A stretch of 15,464 nt of DNA from a bacterium (GTDB taxonomy: Bacteria > Patescibacteriota > Patescibacteriia > UBA1558 > S5-K13), in the NCBI GenBank assembly GCA_029555085.1, contig JAKPTO010000010.1, positions 1 through 15,464 on the forward strand, written 5' to 3'. Below, in pieces: positions 1-8,879 of this stretch. Position 1 is the stretch's first letter; every line of letters starts with the position of its first letter. Under the pieces are notes generated by a model that saw only the letters and a program-made list of their open reading frames with translations, had not been told where the DNA came from and did not search any database. Position numbers and translations under genes: made by a program.

Positions 1-126
1 ATCACCGCACGTTCATTTAGTGAACAGGACTATTGGTTAACAACACCAATTATTGAAATTGTGGAAAAAACTGATGAATATTGGATATTCAAAACAAATA
101 ATTCGACATATAAATTATTAATATGA
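1..126 (+). CDS. 3' end of hypothetical protein (partial; ...ITARSFSEQDYWLTTPIIEIVEKTDEYWIFKTNNSTYKLLI)
   Basis: Frame 1 is open from base 1 to TGA 124-126 (manual translation) and co-oriented with downstream genes. Confidence 0.7.
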   Translation: MTARSFSEQDYWLTTPIIEIVEKTDEYWIFKTNNSTYKLLI

Positions 127-159
127 TTTTCAAAAAAAATAAAAACAACACAAGAACAT

Positions 160-423
160 ATGGATGAGATAACAATGATCGAAAAACAACGAGAAAAGTT
201 AACAATAGCATATGGTGTTTTGGAATTCCACCGTCAATTACTTACTCAATTGATGTCTAGTAAAACGGAATTTGAAATTGATATTATCCCGCGACCTAGT
301 GGTGGTTTTGTGGTTCTTGATGTTGAATCTAATTCTATAGTTGCACCTCTAGACGCTTGTATTGATATTATTTTGAAAAAAGGATATTTGGTTAGAAAAG
401 ATTTTTTTAACATTAGCATATAA
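160..423 (+). CDS. hypothetical protein, 87 aa
   Basis: ORF track; A-rich leader; fits the + strand gene run. Confidence 0.65.
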   Translation: MDEITMIEKQREKLTIAYGVLEFHRQLLTQLMSSKTEFEIDIIPRPSGGFVVLDVESNSIVAPLDACIDIILKKGYLVRKDFFNISI

Positions 424-444
424 CGGTAAAAATGTTTGAATAAC

Positions 445-1128
445 ATGGGACTGGATATTATTGTTGGTAAACCAGAAAAATTAAATGGCAGAGATTTGAC
501 CATACTTAAGAATATGATTTATGAGTCATTTTCTAACACCACGCTTAGGTATGTACGAATCGATGAAGATGAAACTGAATTTCTTGAGGTTTTCAAAGAT
601 TTTATAATTGATACCGAAGAAGAAGTATATGACATTAATATGTTGTTGTCTGAAAAGGGGTATACATATGAGGATGTGGATTATCAAGATGATTCGTATT
701 CATATCGAAATGATGATTTCCATTGTGGTGATTTCCGTTTCGTAATGAAAGATGGTAATATTCTTACATTTAATAATGTATCAACAATAAGTATTCCATG
801 TAAAGGTATTCTTTATAATAAAATTGGATCTCAAAGAAAAGGGGCTAATCGCGATTTTTATGCCGATGATATGTGGTCATCAAAAATTGTTGTGAAAAAA
901 GATGTTCTTATCGATCACTGGAATCGTTATTTCTCTGGTGATGGGAATATTGAACAAAAAGGATCAGATCTTCAAGTAACAGAAACAGGAAAAATTATTG
1001 TTAGTGGAGACGTTCCTTATGGTTTTGGTGTAGAATATAATCTCACGGCAGAAGAAAATAGAAAACGATTTAAAGAAAATATTATTGATATTTTTGTTGA
1101 GGGTGAAACATTTGTTGTTTATTGTTAA
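445..1128 (+). CDS. acidic hypothetical phage-type protein (MGLD... start)
   Basis: Long ORF. In-frame ATG at 445 is preferred over TTG at 436. Confidence 0.8.
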   Translation: MGLDIIVGKPEKLNGRDLTILKNMIYESFSNTTLRYVRIDEDETEFLEVFKDFIIDTEEEVYDINMLLSEKGYTYEDVDYQDDSYSYRNDDFHCGDFRFVMKDGNILTFNNVSTISIPCKGILYNKIGSQRKGANRDFYADDMWSSKIVVKKDVLIDHWNRYFSGDGNIEQKGSDLQVTETGKIIVSGDVPYGFGVEYNLTAEENRKRFKENIIDIFVEGETFVVYC

Positions 1129-1139
1129 TATTAAAAAAC

Positions 1140-1289
1140 ATGAAACAAAATAACAATCGTTATGTGATTGATACTCAAATAAGTGTCAAAAAAGAAAAAG
1201 AAGATCATAAAAAGAAAACAAAAGAAGATTTGATATCTGTTATTACAAGTTTAATAAAAAAAATAGAATATCTTGAACAATTAATTTAA
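1140..1289 (+). CDS. small hypothetical protein, 49 aa
   Basis: Manual translation MKQNNNRYVIDTQISVKKEKEDHKKKTKEDLISVITSLIKKIEYLEQLI; fills the gap between neighbours. Confidence 0.55.
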   Translation: MKQNNNRYVIDTQISVKKEKEDHKKKTKEDLISVITSLIKKIEYLEQLI

Positions 1290-1294
1290 AAGAT

Positions 1295-1912
1295 ATGAGT
1301 TACATAAGAAGTGGAAGTAATCCCGAAAAATTGTATATATGGGGCGATAAACAAAATGCTAATATAATAGCATTTAATGAAGAAGGAATCAAAGAAAATT
1401 GGTGTATTCCATTGGATATTTTTAATGGTTTAATAAAAAAATTCCATTGCCACTATCATGATTATCCTTGTAAATATAAAGGAGCACAAGTTGAAGAAGT
1501 GTGGGTTTATGAAGGTGAACTTGAATTTACAGATGAGGTAAATCCTTTACTAGATGCCGAATGTAAAATTAAACTTTCATATAAAGAACATTATGTAATA
1601 ATGTACGAAGTGACATGGAAATGTATTGTTTATTCAAATTTGAAAAGATTTGAAGTCAAATCCCCAGTAATATCAATGCTATCATCCGATCTTCAGAACG
1701 CAATAAATAAAGAGATTCGTGAAGATTTGAGGTATGAGGCTATGACAATTCTTCTATTAACAACAGATGAGAATAGAATGGAATTTCTTAAATATCATAG
1801 AGAGGACAAAGGTAATCTGTGTTGTCTGGTCATTGACAAAGCAAAGGAAGAACTGGTGAAAGAAAAAAAATTAACACAAAACGAAAATGATGGATTCGGA
1901 TGGCGAGGATAA
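1295..1912 (+). CDS. hypothetical protein, 205 aa
   Basis: ORF track; no recognised motif. Confidence 0.8.
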   Translation: MSYIRSGSNPEKLYIWGDKQNANIIAFNEEGIKENWCIPLDIFNGLIKKFHCHYHDYPCKYKGAQVEEVWVYEGELEFTDEVNPLLDAECKIKLSYKEHYVIMYEVTWKCIVYSNLKRFEVKSPVISMLSSDLQNAINKEIREDLRYEAMTILLLTTDENRMEFLKYHREDKGNLCCLVIDKAKEELVKEKKLTQNENDGFGWRG

Positions 1913-1967
1913 CAGATTGTCGTCCACATTATTTTGGCTGGCATTTAACTAAAAAAATAAAAAACAA

Positions 1968-2171
1968 ATGGAAATAAACGGATACGTATTAGTTTCAACC
2001 GATAAAAAAGGTGAAAAAAGATTTTTATCGGGTAATAGATGGGTGAAAGATTATTTAAAATTAAAATTTTCTGATATTACCCTATTACCAAGAGTAATTG
2101 ATATTAAAAAATGGCCAAACATTGGACCAACATATTTTAATGCACAAATAAAAATTGACATATGTATTTAA
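1968..2171 (+). CDS. hypothetical protein, 67 aa
   Basis: ORF track; strong A-rich leader. Confidence 0.65.
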   Translation: MEINGYVLVSTDKKGEKRFLSGNRWVKDYLKLKFSDITLLPRVIDIKKWPNIGPTYFNAQIKIDICI

Positions 2172-2392
2172 ATAAAACAGAAAAAATGAACATGAATTTA
2201 AATGAAACAAAATTTAGAATTGGGGATCTAGTATATAAACCAAAAGGTTATAAATTCCCCGGAATTGTTGTGTCTGTATTTAAGAACACCAATGGTGAAA
2301 CTCGAATTGTTGCAGAATTGGAAAATAATGGAATGCTTCATATCTTTACTGAAGCACAGCTTGAACGTAGACCAAATAAAGAAAAAAAATAA
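2162..2392 (+). CDS. small SH3-like beta-barrel protein resembling DfrB/R67 dihydrofolate reductase (start may be 2186 or 2192)
   Basis: FRIGDLVYKPKGYKFPGIVVSVF...VAELENNGMLHIFTEAQLER aligns by eye with R67 [23 protein letters not shown]...[21 protein letters not shown] (recalled sequence). Confidence 0.6.
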   Translation: MYLNKTEKMNMNLNETKFRIGDLVYKPKGYKFPGIVVSVFKNTNGETRIVAELENNGMLHIFTEAQLERRPNKEKK

Positions 2393-2393
2393 A

Positions 2394-2612
2394 ATGGAAG
2401 AAAAAGAAACACTGGATGAATTTCATTATCATGAAGCACTCGATAGATCGTATCTTATTGCTGAAATGATAGAAACCATACTTTTAACACATCCTGTCAT
2501 TCAAAAACATAGAGACTTAAAGAAGAGAGTTGCCAATGCTCAGCAGTTGATCTATAATGTGTATCAATTAATTGGTGGGTTGGAACTGGCACTTTTTCCT
2601 CCTAAAGAATAA
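2394..2612 (+). CDS. hypothetical helical protein, 72 aa (MEEKETLDEFHYHEALDR...)
   Basis: In-frame ATG at 2394, just after the upstream stop. The ORF-track start at 2265 overlaps the previous gene. Confidence 0.7.
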   Translation: MEEKETLDEFHYHEALDRSYLIAEMIETILLTHPVIQKHRDLKKRVANAQQLIYNVYQLIGGLELALFPPKE

Positions 2613-2654
2613 ATAGTTTTCTCATCTTTTTTCAAGAAAAAACGATTAAAAAAA

Positions 2655-2686
2655 TTTGGATTTCTCGTTTTTTTTACATATTTTTA
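2655..2686 (+). promoter_or_regulatory. putative Bacteroidota sigma-A promoter (variant -7 box)
   Basis: TTTG 2655-2658, 20-nt spacer, TATTTTTA 2679-2686 (one mismatch to TAnnTTTG); intergenic. Confidence 0.5.
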
Positions 2687-2696
2687 CCGTGTAGAG

Positions 2697-2858
2697 ATGT
2701 TTTCGAAAATCATTAACAATTTTGAAAATTATTTTCAATTACTTGGTTTTGATATGTCTGGAATCTACAAAAAAATATATATCAATTCTGAAATACAATA
2801 TCATCTCAATGAAATTGAAAAATGTGAAGATGAACTTAAAAATATTGGTAAAAAATGA
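2697..2858 (+). CDS. small hypothetical protein, 53 aa
   Basis: Manual translation MFSKIINNFENYFQLLGFDMSGIYKK...ELKNIGKK. The stop overlaps the next ATG (ATGA). Confidence 0.5.
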   Translation: MFSKIINNFENYFQLLGFDMSGIYKKIYINSEIQYHLNEIEKCEDELKNIGKK

Positions 2859-3244
2859 TAAAAGAACAAATGCCCGAAAATATTGGTGAATTAAAAAAAC
2901 TCATTGAAAGATATGAGACAATCACTCTCAAAGAAATAGAAAATGTGTGGACGGAAATGTCTCATTATTATGATCCAATGAAACCGGCGTATCTTGTTTC
3001 ACGAAAATTGACTGGATTTGGTACCACAATAACTTGTAATGTATGCCAAGCAGTTATGGATGATAAGGACGAGCCACATTGTGGGAAATGTGTATGTGGT
3101 AAACAATTAAAAGATTGTCTTTTATATCCATACAATAAAACCTATAAAAAAATAATTCAAGCTAAAACACCAGAAAAATTGTTGGTCGCTTATAGAAAAC
3201 GTGGGGAACATTTGAAAAAATATTTTAAAGATTTTATAAAATGA
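2855..3244 (+). CDS. Cys-rich putative metal-binding protein, paralogue of 3455-3817
   Basis: TGFG-x-CxxC...CxxC...C motif; shares NIxELKxLIExYETIxL and AKTxxxLxxAxRKRxxHL with 3455-3817. Confidence 0.8.
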   Translation: MIKEQMPENIGELKKLIERYETITLKEIENVWTEMSHYYDPMKPAYLVSRKLTGFGTTITCNVCQAVMDDKDEPHCGKCVCGKQLKDCLLYPYNKTYKKIIQAKTPEKLLVAYRKRGEHLKKYFKDFIK

Positions 3245-3450
3245 AACTGAAAAAAACAACAAGGAACGGTAGATTCGGTAAAGAAATTTTTATTAGTGAT
3301 TCTAAAGATAATGGTTATACCGCATATTTCTTTGACTTTCCGTTTATTGTCACCCAAGGACAAACAATTAAAGATGCCCAAGACAAACTTTGGTATGCAG
3401 CATATGATATTTTTAGTGATTTAATACAAAAGTCCAAAACTAAAATATAA
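3241..3450 (+). CDS. hicB: HicB-like antitoxin domain protein (no DNA-binding tail)
   Basis: DNGYTAYFFDFPFIVTQGQTIKDAQDKLWYA resembles the HicB/UPF0150 pattern GY.A..PDLP..TQG.T..EA..N..EA. Confidence 0.6.
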   Translation: MKLKKTTRNGRFGKEIFISDSKDNGYTAYFFDFPFIVTQGQTIKDAQDKLWYAAYDIFSDLIQKSKTKI

Positions 3451-3454
3451 AAAA

Positions 3455-3817
3455 ATGGCAACAGCAAAAAATATTGATGAACTTAAAAGTCTCATTGAAA
3501 CATATGAAACAATTAGTTTGGAAGATATAAAAAAAGTGTGGTCTTCTATTTTTAACAAGAAAAACAAAAAATCAGATTATCCGGGAAGAGATGTGGCAAA
3601 AAATATAACGGGGTTTGGAACTTTTTCATGTATTTTATGTGTAAAAGTAAAAAAACAGTGTCACTATTGTGTTTATGGGGAGTATATTGGGTGTATACTT
3701 TTTTCTCATAAAGAGACATATAAAAACATATCAGAGGCAAAAACATCAAAACAGTTATATAATGCATTTCGTAAAAGAGCTAAACATTTAAGAGAGTATT
3801 TTAACGACATACTATAA
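3455..3817 (+). CDS. Cys-rich putative metal-binding protein, paralogue of 2855-3244
   Basis: TGFGTFSCILC...CHYC...C; aligns along its length with 2855-3244. Confidence 0.8.
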   Translation: MATAKNIDELKSLIETYETISLEDIKKVWSSIFNKKNKKSDYPGRDVAKNITGFGTFSCILCVKVKKQCHYCVYGEYIGCILFSHKETYKNISEAKTSKQLYNAFRKRAKHLREYFNDIL

Positions 3818-3818
3818 A

Positions 3819-4352
3819 ATGAAATTTGGAAGTATTGAAATAATTGATAATAATGGCTGGAATTTAAATGAAGTGATTCCAGAATGGGATTGGAAAGTAG
3901 AAGAATCAAATTTAAAAATACCCCCCGAATTTGGCGTTGGTATTAAAACCCGTTACAATGGTGAGGATTTTACATTTAAACATGTTTTTAATGAAACACC
4001 GGTTGTGAAACTTATTGTTACAACTTGGCGGGGCATTTCAACTAATGCTATCCATTATTATGGTTCACTTCAAATCACTTTTCCTGAAATGGAAAAAGAT
4101 AACCAACCCGGCCATATTGTTAATCTTTATGGTGTAAGTGAAATTCCCATGTTCTCAAATAATAAAATAACATTAACTCGTGTATTAGAACAAAGTGAAA
4201 TTGATGATGATCCTATAAGACATGAGTATTTTGATGCTGGTGATAATGTTAGTTCATTTTATACACCGGCAAGTGTAATAAAGAGAGGGAAAGAAATGTT
4301 TGAAAATATATTTGGCAAGGGCTGGGTCTTGAAAATTGATGAACTTCATTGA
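3819..4352 (+). CDS. hypothetical protein, 177 aa
   Basis: ORF track; starts 1 nt after the previous stop. Confidence 0.8.
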   Translation: MKFGSIEIIDNNGWNLNEVIPEWDWKVEESNLKIPPEFGVGIKTRYNGEDFTFKHVFNETPVVKLIVTTWRGISTNAIHYYGSLQITFPEMEKDNQPGHIVNLYGVSEIPMFSNNKITLTRVLEQSEIDDDPIRHEYFDAGDNVSSFYTPASVIKRGKEMFENIFGKGWVLKIDELH

Positions 4353-4366
4353 TTTTTTATTAAAAA

Positions 4367-4654
4367 ATGAAAATAACAGATATAAGTAAAATTGACCCGG
4401 AATATCGTGTTCTTAACATCGGCAAATACAATGGATATGTTTATATTTGTCCATATTGTCATCCAGAACGCGTGGAGTTCCACATAAGGGATATTATTGG
4501 ATTTGGTACTGATAATCAAGGATATGTGGTTGTTGTTAATGAATGTCCAAAATGTTTTGAAAGATCATATCATCATTTATATGATTTTGACACTTATGAT
4601 ATATTTTTAATGATGCAAGACAAACAAGCAAAATTTCTAAATGAAAAAAATTGA
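4367..4654 (+). CDS. zinc-ribbon-like protein
   Basis: CPYC and CPKC pairs followed by SYHH. Confidence 0.75.
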   Translation: MKITDISKIDPEYRVLNIGKYNGYVYICPYCHPERVEFHIRDIIGFGTDNQGYVVVVNECPKCFERSYHHLYDFDTYDIFLMMQDKQAKFLNEKN

Positions 4655-4805
4655 AACACTTGGTACGATTTTGTTGTTGTTTGGTATTTCATGCTTTGTT
4701 ATGGATATTGAATTATTTGGAATTGCTTGGTCAATTTTAAGCCTTTTTGGATCGGTTTGTTGTATATCCGGAATTGTGATTTTAATAAAAACAACATTAA
4801 AATAA
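4641..4805 (+). CDS. small two-TM membrane protein, 54 aa
   Basis: Manual translation MKKIETLGTILLLFGISCFVMDIELFGIAWSILSLFGSVCCISGIVILIKTTLK. Confidence 0.6.
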   Translation: MKKIETLGTILLLFGISCFVMDIELFGIAWSILSLFGSVCCISGIVILIKTTLK

Positions 4806-4811
4806 AAAAAT

Positions 4812-4982
4812 ATGAAAAAACAAAAAATTAAAATGAAACCTAATCCTGATGATGTGAAAAAAGTCGTGGATAATGTCATTAAAAACATGCGCGGCAAACA
4901 TTGCCGTTTTGAGGGTGAATGTGATTTGGCCGGAAATCTCAAAAATACGAGGTTCTGTGCCCCATGCAGTTATTATAAATAA
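4812..4982 (+). CDS. small Cys-containing protein, 56 aa
   Basis: Manual translation ...GKHCRFEGECDLAGNLKNTRFCAPCSYYK. Confidence 0.55.
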   Translation: MKKQKIKMKPNPDDVKKVVDNVIKNMRGKHCRFEGECDLAGNLKNTRFCAPCSYYK

Positions 4983-5002
4983 TTATTAAAAATTTTAAAA
5001 TT

Positions 5003-5376
5003 ATGACTGGTTTATTTTTAATCTTATTTTTTTCACTAGGAATCGTTTTGGTTTATTATTTTATAAATTAGATTCTAGATCGTGTGCTGCTTTTTCAACA
5101 TTGGCTTTTATTATCTTTGGTTTATACCTGGTGGCAATTCCAATCAGTAGAATTACAACTAAAACAAAAGTAGAATATTTCAAACAACTACAAATAACAA
5201 TCGATCATAATCGAGAAGTTAATAATGATCTCTCAGTATTGGAAAGAATTGAAATCATAAATGAAATTAATGAATCTAATTGGGTAATCTCCAAATGGAA
5301 AATGACTGGCCAGAAATGGTATAACAACAAATGGTATTTTCATCCATCAACACAAACAGCTGAATACATAAAATAA
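5003..5376 (+). pseudogene. membrane-anchored protein gene apparently split by a 1-nt frameshift
   Basis: The ATG 5003 frame (MTGLFLILFFSLGIV..) stops at TAG 5069-5071. The other frame (..FGLLFYKLDSRSCAAFSTLAFIIFG..) is open to 5376 with no upstream ATG. Adding one T in the 5046-5049 run fuses them. Confidence 0.5.
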
Positions 5377-5404
5377 GTGAATCATTGTGAAAATAGATAT
5401 AAGA

Positions 5405-5432
5405 AAAGGGGGGAATATTATTATCCCCCTTT
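5405..5432 (+). terminator. intrinsic terminator-like hairpin (possibly bidirectional)
   Basis: AAAGGGGGGA...TCCCCCTTT inverted repeat downstream of the gene run and upstream of the next promoter. Confidence 0.65.
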
Positions 5433-5501
5433 AATTTGTTCTCCAACATCTAATAGTTAATTTTTCTTAAGGTTTATATTTAAAAATTTTTGAATAAAAA
5501 A

Positions 5502-5532
5502 ATTGGAAATTAAAATAATCTATTTATATTTG
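5502..5532 (+). promoter_or_regulatory. Bacteroidota sigma-A promoter
   Basis: (A)TTG 5502-5505, 19-nt spacer, TATATTTG 5525-5532; upstream of 5607. Confidence 0.65.
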
Positions 5533-5606
5533 TGTTGTAATAAAATTAATAGGTTTATCTTTTGATTTTAATATATTTATTGTTATAAAGTTTAAACAAA
5601 AAAATT

Positions 5607-6320
5607 ATGAAACTAATTGACACAGTTTTTACGATGCTTAGTGAGCAATACTTAAAGGAATTAAAAAACATAATTCAAGAGGCTGAAGAACTTCAATTAC
5701 AACCATCTAGTGAAGAATACCTTGAAAAAATTGGAAAAATGTTCGGAAAGGGATATGCCCGATGGTTAATTCTTAGAATGAAAGATAAATCATTAAAAGA
5801 AGAAGACATTTACAAATATATGAATTTCTTCAAATATTTCGAACAGGGTAGAAAATTGGGGTATTTTACCTATAATGATATTCTTAAATATAAAAATCCA
5901 GAACAATTCAATCGTGAAGCTACCGCAGCCCACGAAAAGTTAATTGGTTTCCAAGGTGAAGAACTGGAGGATAATGAAAAAAATCTTGTTTCACCACAAC
6001 AAATCCAAACATTGGAGAATGTTGGAATAAAATTTCTCGGATTAACCCCAGATGGATATCAATGTTTTAAGGTCCCAATGGGAGTTCAAGGAAATGAAAA
6101 AGCTTTTACAGCATATAAAAATATTCTAGCCCAATGTCAGGGACGAGATAAGGGGGCAAAAATTTCAATTTGCACAATGGCAGATATGGGAACCTTTGAT
6201 TCGTATTTAAAGGATGATGATTTTTATGTGTTTTTCAATATGAAAGATCCCAAATCACCATATCAATTTCATTATGCTTCGGACCAGTTTATGGATAAAA
6301 ATGATACGCCGGTAGCATAA
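5607..6320 (+). CDS. hypothetical large-phage-type protein with C-terminal CT...F.SY...YQFH..S.QFMD.ND motif
   Basis: ICTMADMGTFDSYLKDDDFYVFF...YQFHYASDQFMDKND resembles a 'WCT...YQFH...QFMD' domain I recall from large phages; function unknown. Confidence 0.8.
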   Translation: MKLIDTVFTMLSEQYLKELKNIIQEAEELQLQPSSEEYLEKIGKMFGKGYARWLILRMKDKSLKEEDIYKYMNFFKYFEQGRKLGYFTYNDILKYKNPEQFNREATAAHEKLIGFQGEELEDNEKNLVSPQQIQTLENVGIKFLGLTPDGYQCFKVPMGVQGNEKAFTAYKNILAQCQGRDKGAKISICTMADMGTFDSYLKDDDFYVFFNMKDPKSPYQFHYASDQFMDKNDTPVA

Positions 6321-6321
6321 A

Positions 6322-7077
6322 GTGAAAAAACACCAACATATAAAAAACTTTTTCAAATTTATTAATGATAATGATGAACGAAAAATACCAATACAAATTA
6401 AATTGGATTTATTTCCTGAATATCTAGATGATGAAGAAAAAGACTATATTTTAACATCAGAAAAAATTTCATTTGAAAAACGAGCACGATATATAAATTA
6501 TATTAATAAAACAAATAGATGGGATTTTATTGCACCTTTTGGTTCTTTTTCACCAACAACCACCCTTGCCATTAGTAAAAACAATAACGTTTATTTTATT
6601 AATTTATCCGGTGAGCAAGATGTTACCGGAATTGATAAATATAAGTTATTTCATACCGAATATTATTACCCAGCAATCCTACGTGGAGGAGAAGCGAGAG
6701 CCGCTTATTTTAATGCCTTATTTGAAAAAAATATATTTAAATATATTTTCAAAATGGATGGTTTTTTCGGACCAAATGTGGCCGTGGCAATATTATATAA
6801 TCCGAATGGATATAACAAAAACAATTATGGCGGACGAATTTTAATTAATCATAATGGAATAGCTGATGTTTCACAAGTTGATCTTTATGATATATTAAAA
6901 CGTAACGCTTCAGAAAAAGACCTTGCAGCTTATTTTAACACATTAATCGGGCGTGATGATATATGGTATGTTTACAAAAAAAAGCATACAGACGAAATTG
7001 GTGATTATTTCGATGCTACTACAATATATAACGAGAATATTCGTATTTATATGTCAGGAGAAGTTATTTATGTATGA
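6322..7077 (+). CDS. WG-repeat-like beta-repeat protein, paralogue 1
   Basis: GTG start; N-terminal QHIKNFFKF; repeats DFIAPF..LA..YFINLSGEQDVTGID and ILINHNGIADVSQVD; AxYxN motifs. Confidence 0.75.
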   Translation: MKKHQHIKNFFKFINDNDERKIPIQIKLDLFPEYLDDEEKDYILTSEKISFEKRARYINYINKTNRWDFIAPFGSFSPTTTLAISKNNNVYFINLSGEQDVTGIDKYKLFHTEYYYPAILRGGEARAAYFNALFEKNIFKYIFKMDGFFGPNVAVAILYNPNGYNKNNYGGRILINHNGIADVSQVDLYDILKRNASEKDLAAYFNTLIGRDDIWYVYKKKHTDEIGDYFDATTIYNENIRIYMSGEVIYV

Positions 7078-7688
7078 ATTTAAAAAACCAACATATAAAA
7101 AACTTTTTTAGGTTTCTTGAAAAAAAAGAAAATAGAAAAACAAAATTTGTTATTAAATATCGCATTATGCCCGAAGACATATCTGAAAAAGAAATGGATG
7201 TTTTTAAACATCATATTTCACCGGAAAAAAGGGCGGGATTATTCAATGGTATATTTAAAAAAATTTGGTATAGTTATGTTTTACCTTTTGATATTGTAGC
7301 ACCATCTTTAGCTTTAGCCACACAACTGGATAAATTTTTACTTATAAATCAATATGGTGAACCGAATGTGACCGGAATTGATTTAAAAAAACTTAGACAA
7401 AATGTTATTAATGATGAAATTCCTATTGGATATTTAGAGGGTTATTTAAATTCAGTACAGGAAAGATTTTTGTATTATAATTTGGATCGTAAATCTTTAT
7501 CCTTTCTTCCGGAAAATTTATTTCTTATAACAGTAAGTTTATCATTAAATCTAATGATAATTGTTAATGAGAACGGAATGCCGACTACAAGTGGTGTTAC
7601 CAAAAAAATAAAAAAACAAATAGAAGATATTCAGCCTGACGCATATGAAAATACAATAAATGTTATGATACGTTTTAAAATGATTTAA
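7074..7688 (+). CDS. WG-repeat-like beta-repeat protein, paralogue 2
   Basis: N-terminal QHIKNFFRF; VLPF..ALA..LLINQYGEPNVTGID; IVNENG. Confidence 0.75.
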   Translation: MNLKNQHIKNFFRFLEKKENRKTKFVIKYRIMPEDISEKEMDVFKHHISPEKRAGLFNGIFKKIWYSYVLPFDIVAPSLALATQLDKFLLINQYGEPNVTGIDLKKLRQNVINDEIPIGYLEGYLNSVQERFLYYNLDRKSLSFLPENLFLITVSLSLNLMIIVNENGMPTTSGVTKKIKKQIEDIQPDAYENTINVMIRFKMI

Positions 7689-7755
7689 AATTAAAAATTG
7701 AAAACTAATAATCAACATATAAAAAACTTTTTTAGGTTTCTTGAAAAAAAAGAAA
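7089..7755 (+). repeat. 43-bp exact direct repeat at the 5' ends of paralogues 2 and 3 (7089-7131, 7713-7755); first 20 bp also at 6334-6353
   Basis: CAACATATAAAAAACTTTTTTAGGTTTCTTGAAAAAAAAGAAA read directly at both positions. Confidence 0.9.
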
Positions 7756-8444
7756 GTAGAAATATACCAGATATTACAATATTCATGTTATTTCCTGAAA
7801 TGATTAATGATGATATTTGGAATTGTTTATTTTATAGTGATAAAGATACGTGTATAGATTTAAGAACAAGATACATTAATAAAATAAGTGGTTTGTTTTT
7901 TGATATGATTTTACCATTTAATGTGATTTCAAAACATCACGCATTGGCGTATGATTATGATGAAATGGAATTTTATACCGGTTATATTATAAATAAAAAG
8001 GGTGAAGTAAGTGTCAAAGGATTAGATATCAATAAATTTTATGGTGGTTATATTCCAAATTTACAATATATCGTCGCAGCATATGTAAATACATTGAACT
8101 GGACAAGATATGACTATATTAAGTATGGTGTTGCGACATTAATCCCAAAAAATATTTTACCCCATCACGCTAGTGCGATTCCTAAAGGCGAGGATGAATT
8201 TTATTCAGTTATTGTTGATTTAAAAACGGGATTAAAAGAAACATCATCTTTTGATTTAAAAACTATAGAAAAACTAGTCGATGCCGGATATGGTGCGGCG
8301 TATTTTAATGGTATAGTCGTCGGAAATCTTTATTCCGGAATTAGTTTTTATGACGATACCAAAAAAACACTAGTCGGAAAATCACTTGACGGTAAAAAAG
8401 TATTGATTGATACTGAAGGAAATCTTATTAAAATATTAAATTAA
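7698..8444 (+). CDS. WG-repeat-like beta-repeat protein, paralogue 3
   Basis: TTG start; QHIKNFFRF; ILPF..ALA..IINKKGEVSVKGLD; LIDTEGN. Confidence 0.75.
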   Translation: MKTNNQHIKNFFRFLEKKESRNIPDITIFMLFPEMINDDIWNCLFYSDKDTCIDLRTRYINKISGLFFDMILPFNVISKHHALAYDYDEMEFYTGYIINKKGEVSVKGLDINKFYGGYIPNLQYIVAAYVNTLNWTRYDYIKYGVATLIPKNILPHHASAIPKGEDEFYSVIVDLKTGLKETSSFDLKTIEKLVDAGYGAAYFNGIVVGNLYSGISFYDDTKKTLVGKSLDGKKVLIDTEGNLIKILN

Positions 8445-8459
8445 AATCTTTTCGAAAAA

Positions 8460-8491
8460 TTTGTTTTTTTCATTTTTTTGTAATATCTTTG
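8460..8491 (+). promoter_or_regulatory. Bacteroidota sigma-A promoter
   Basis: TTTG 8460-8463, 20-nt spacer, TATCTTTG 8484-8491; intergenic. Confidence 0.75.
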
Positions 8492-8513
8492 TTGTGAACA
8501 AAAAAATTACAAA

Positions 8514-8858
8514 ATGGAAGTAAAACTTAACAAATTAATTGATAGTCTTATACATACCACAAAACTTGGCCAGTGTAAATGGGAACGTGATTCATGCGGC
8601 GATTATAATTTAACACTCAAACACGTCGTAATATCTTTAAAATACACACCAAAACAAGGTTTAGTCAACAATGTTATATCTTTAGTCTTACGTGATCGTC
8701 TTAACATTGATATAAAATATGCCAGTATTGTAAAAGAAGACGATGATAATAAAAACAATCTCAGTAAATTATATACACTTGTGGTTGCAGACTATAACAA
8801 TTTCATAGAAGATGTTATTCAAGAAACATTAAATGAAATTGGATTTATTGAGTCGTGA
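8514..8858 (+). CDS. hypothetical protein, paralogue of 8880-9242
   Basis: KLIDSLIHTTKLGQCKW and NLSKLYTLV..IEDVIQETLNEI. Confidence 0.75.
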   Translation: MEVKLNKLIDSLIHTTKLGQCKWERDSCGDYNLTLKHVVISLKYTPKQGLVNNVISLVLRDRLNIDIKYASIVKEDDDNKNNLSKLYTLVVADYNNFIEDVIQETLNEIGFIES

Positions 8859-8879
8859 TTAAAAACAAAAAATAATAAT

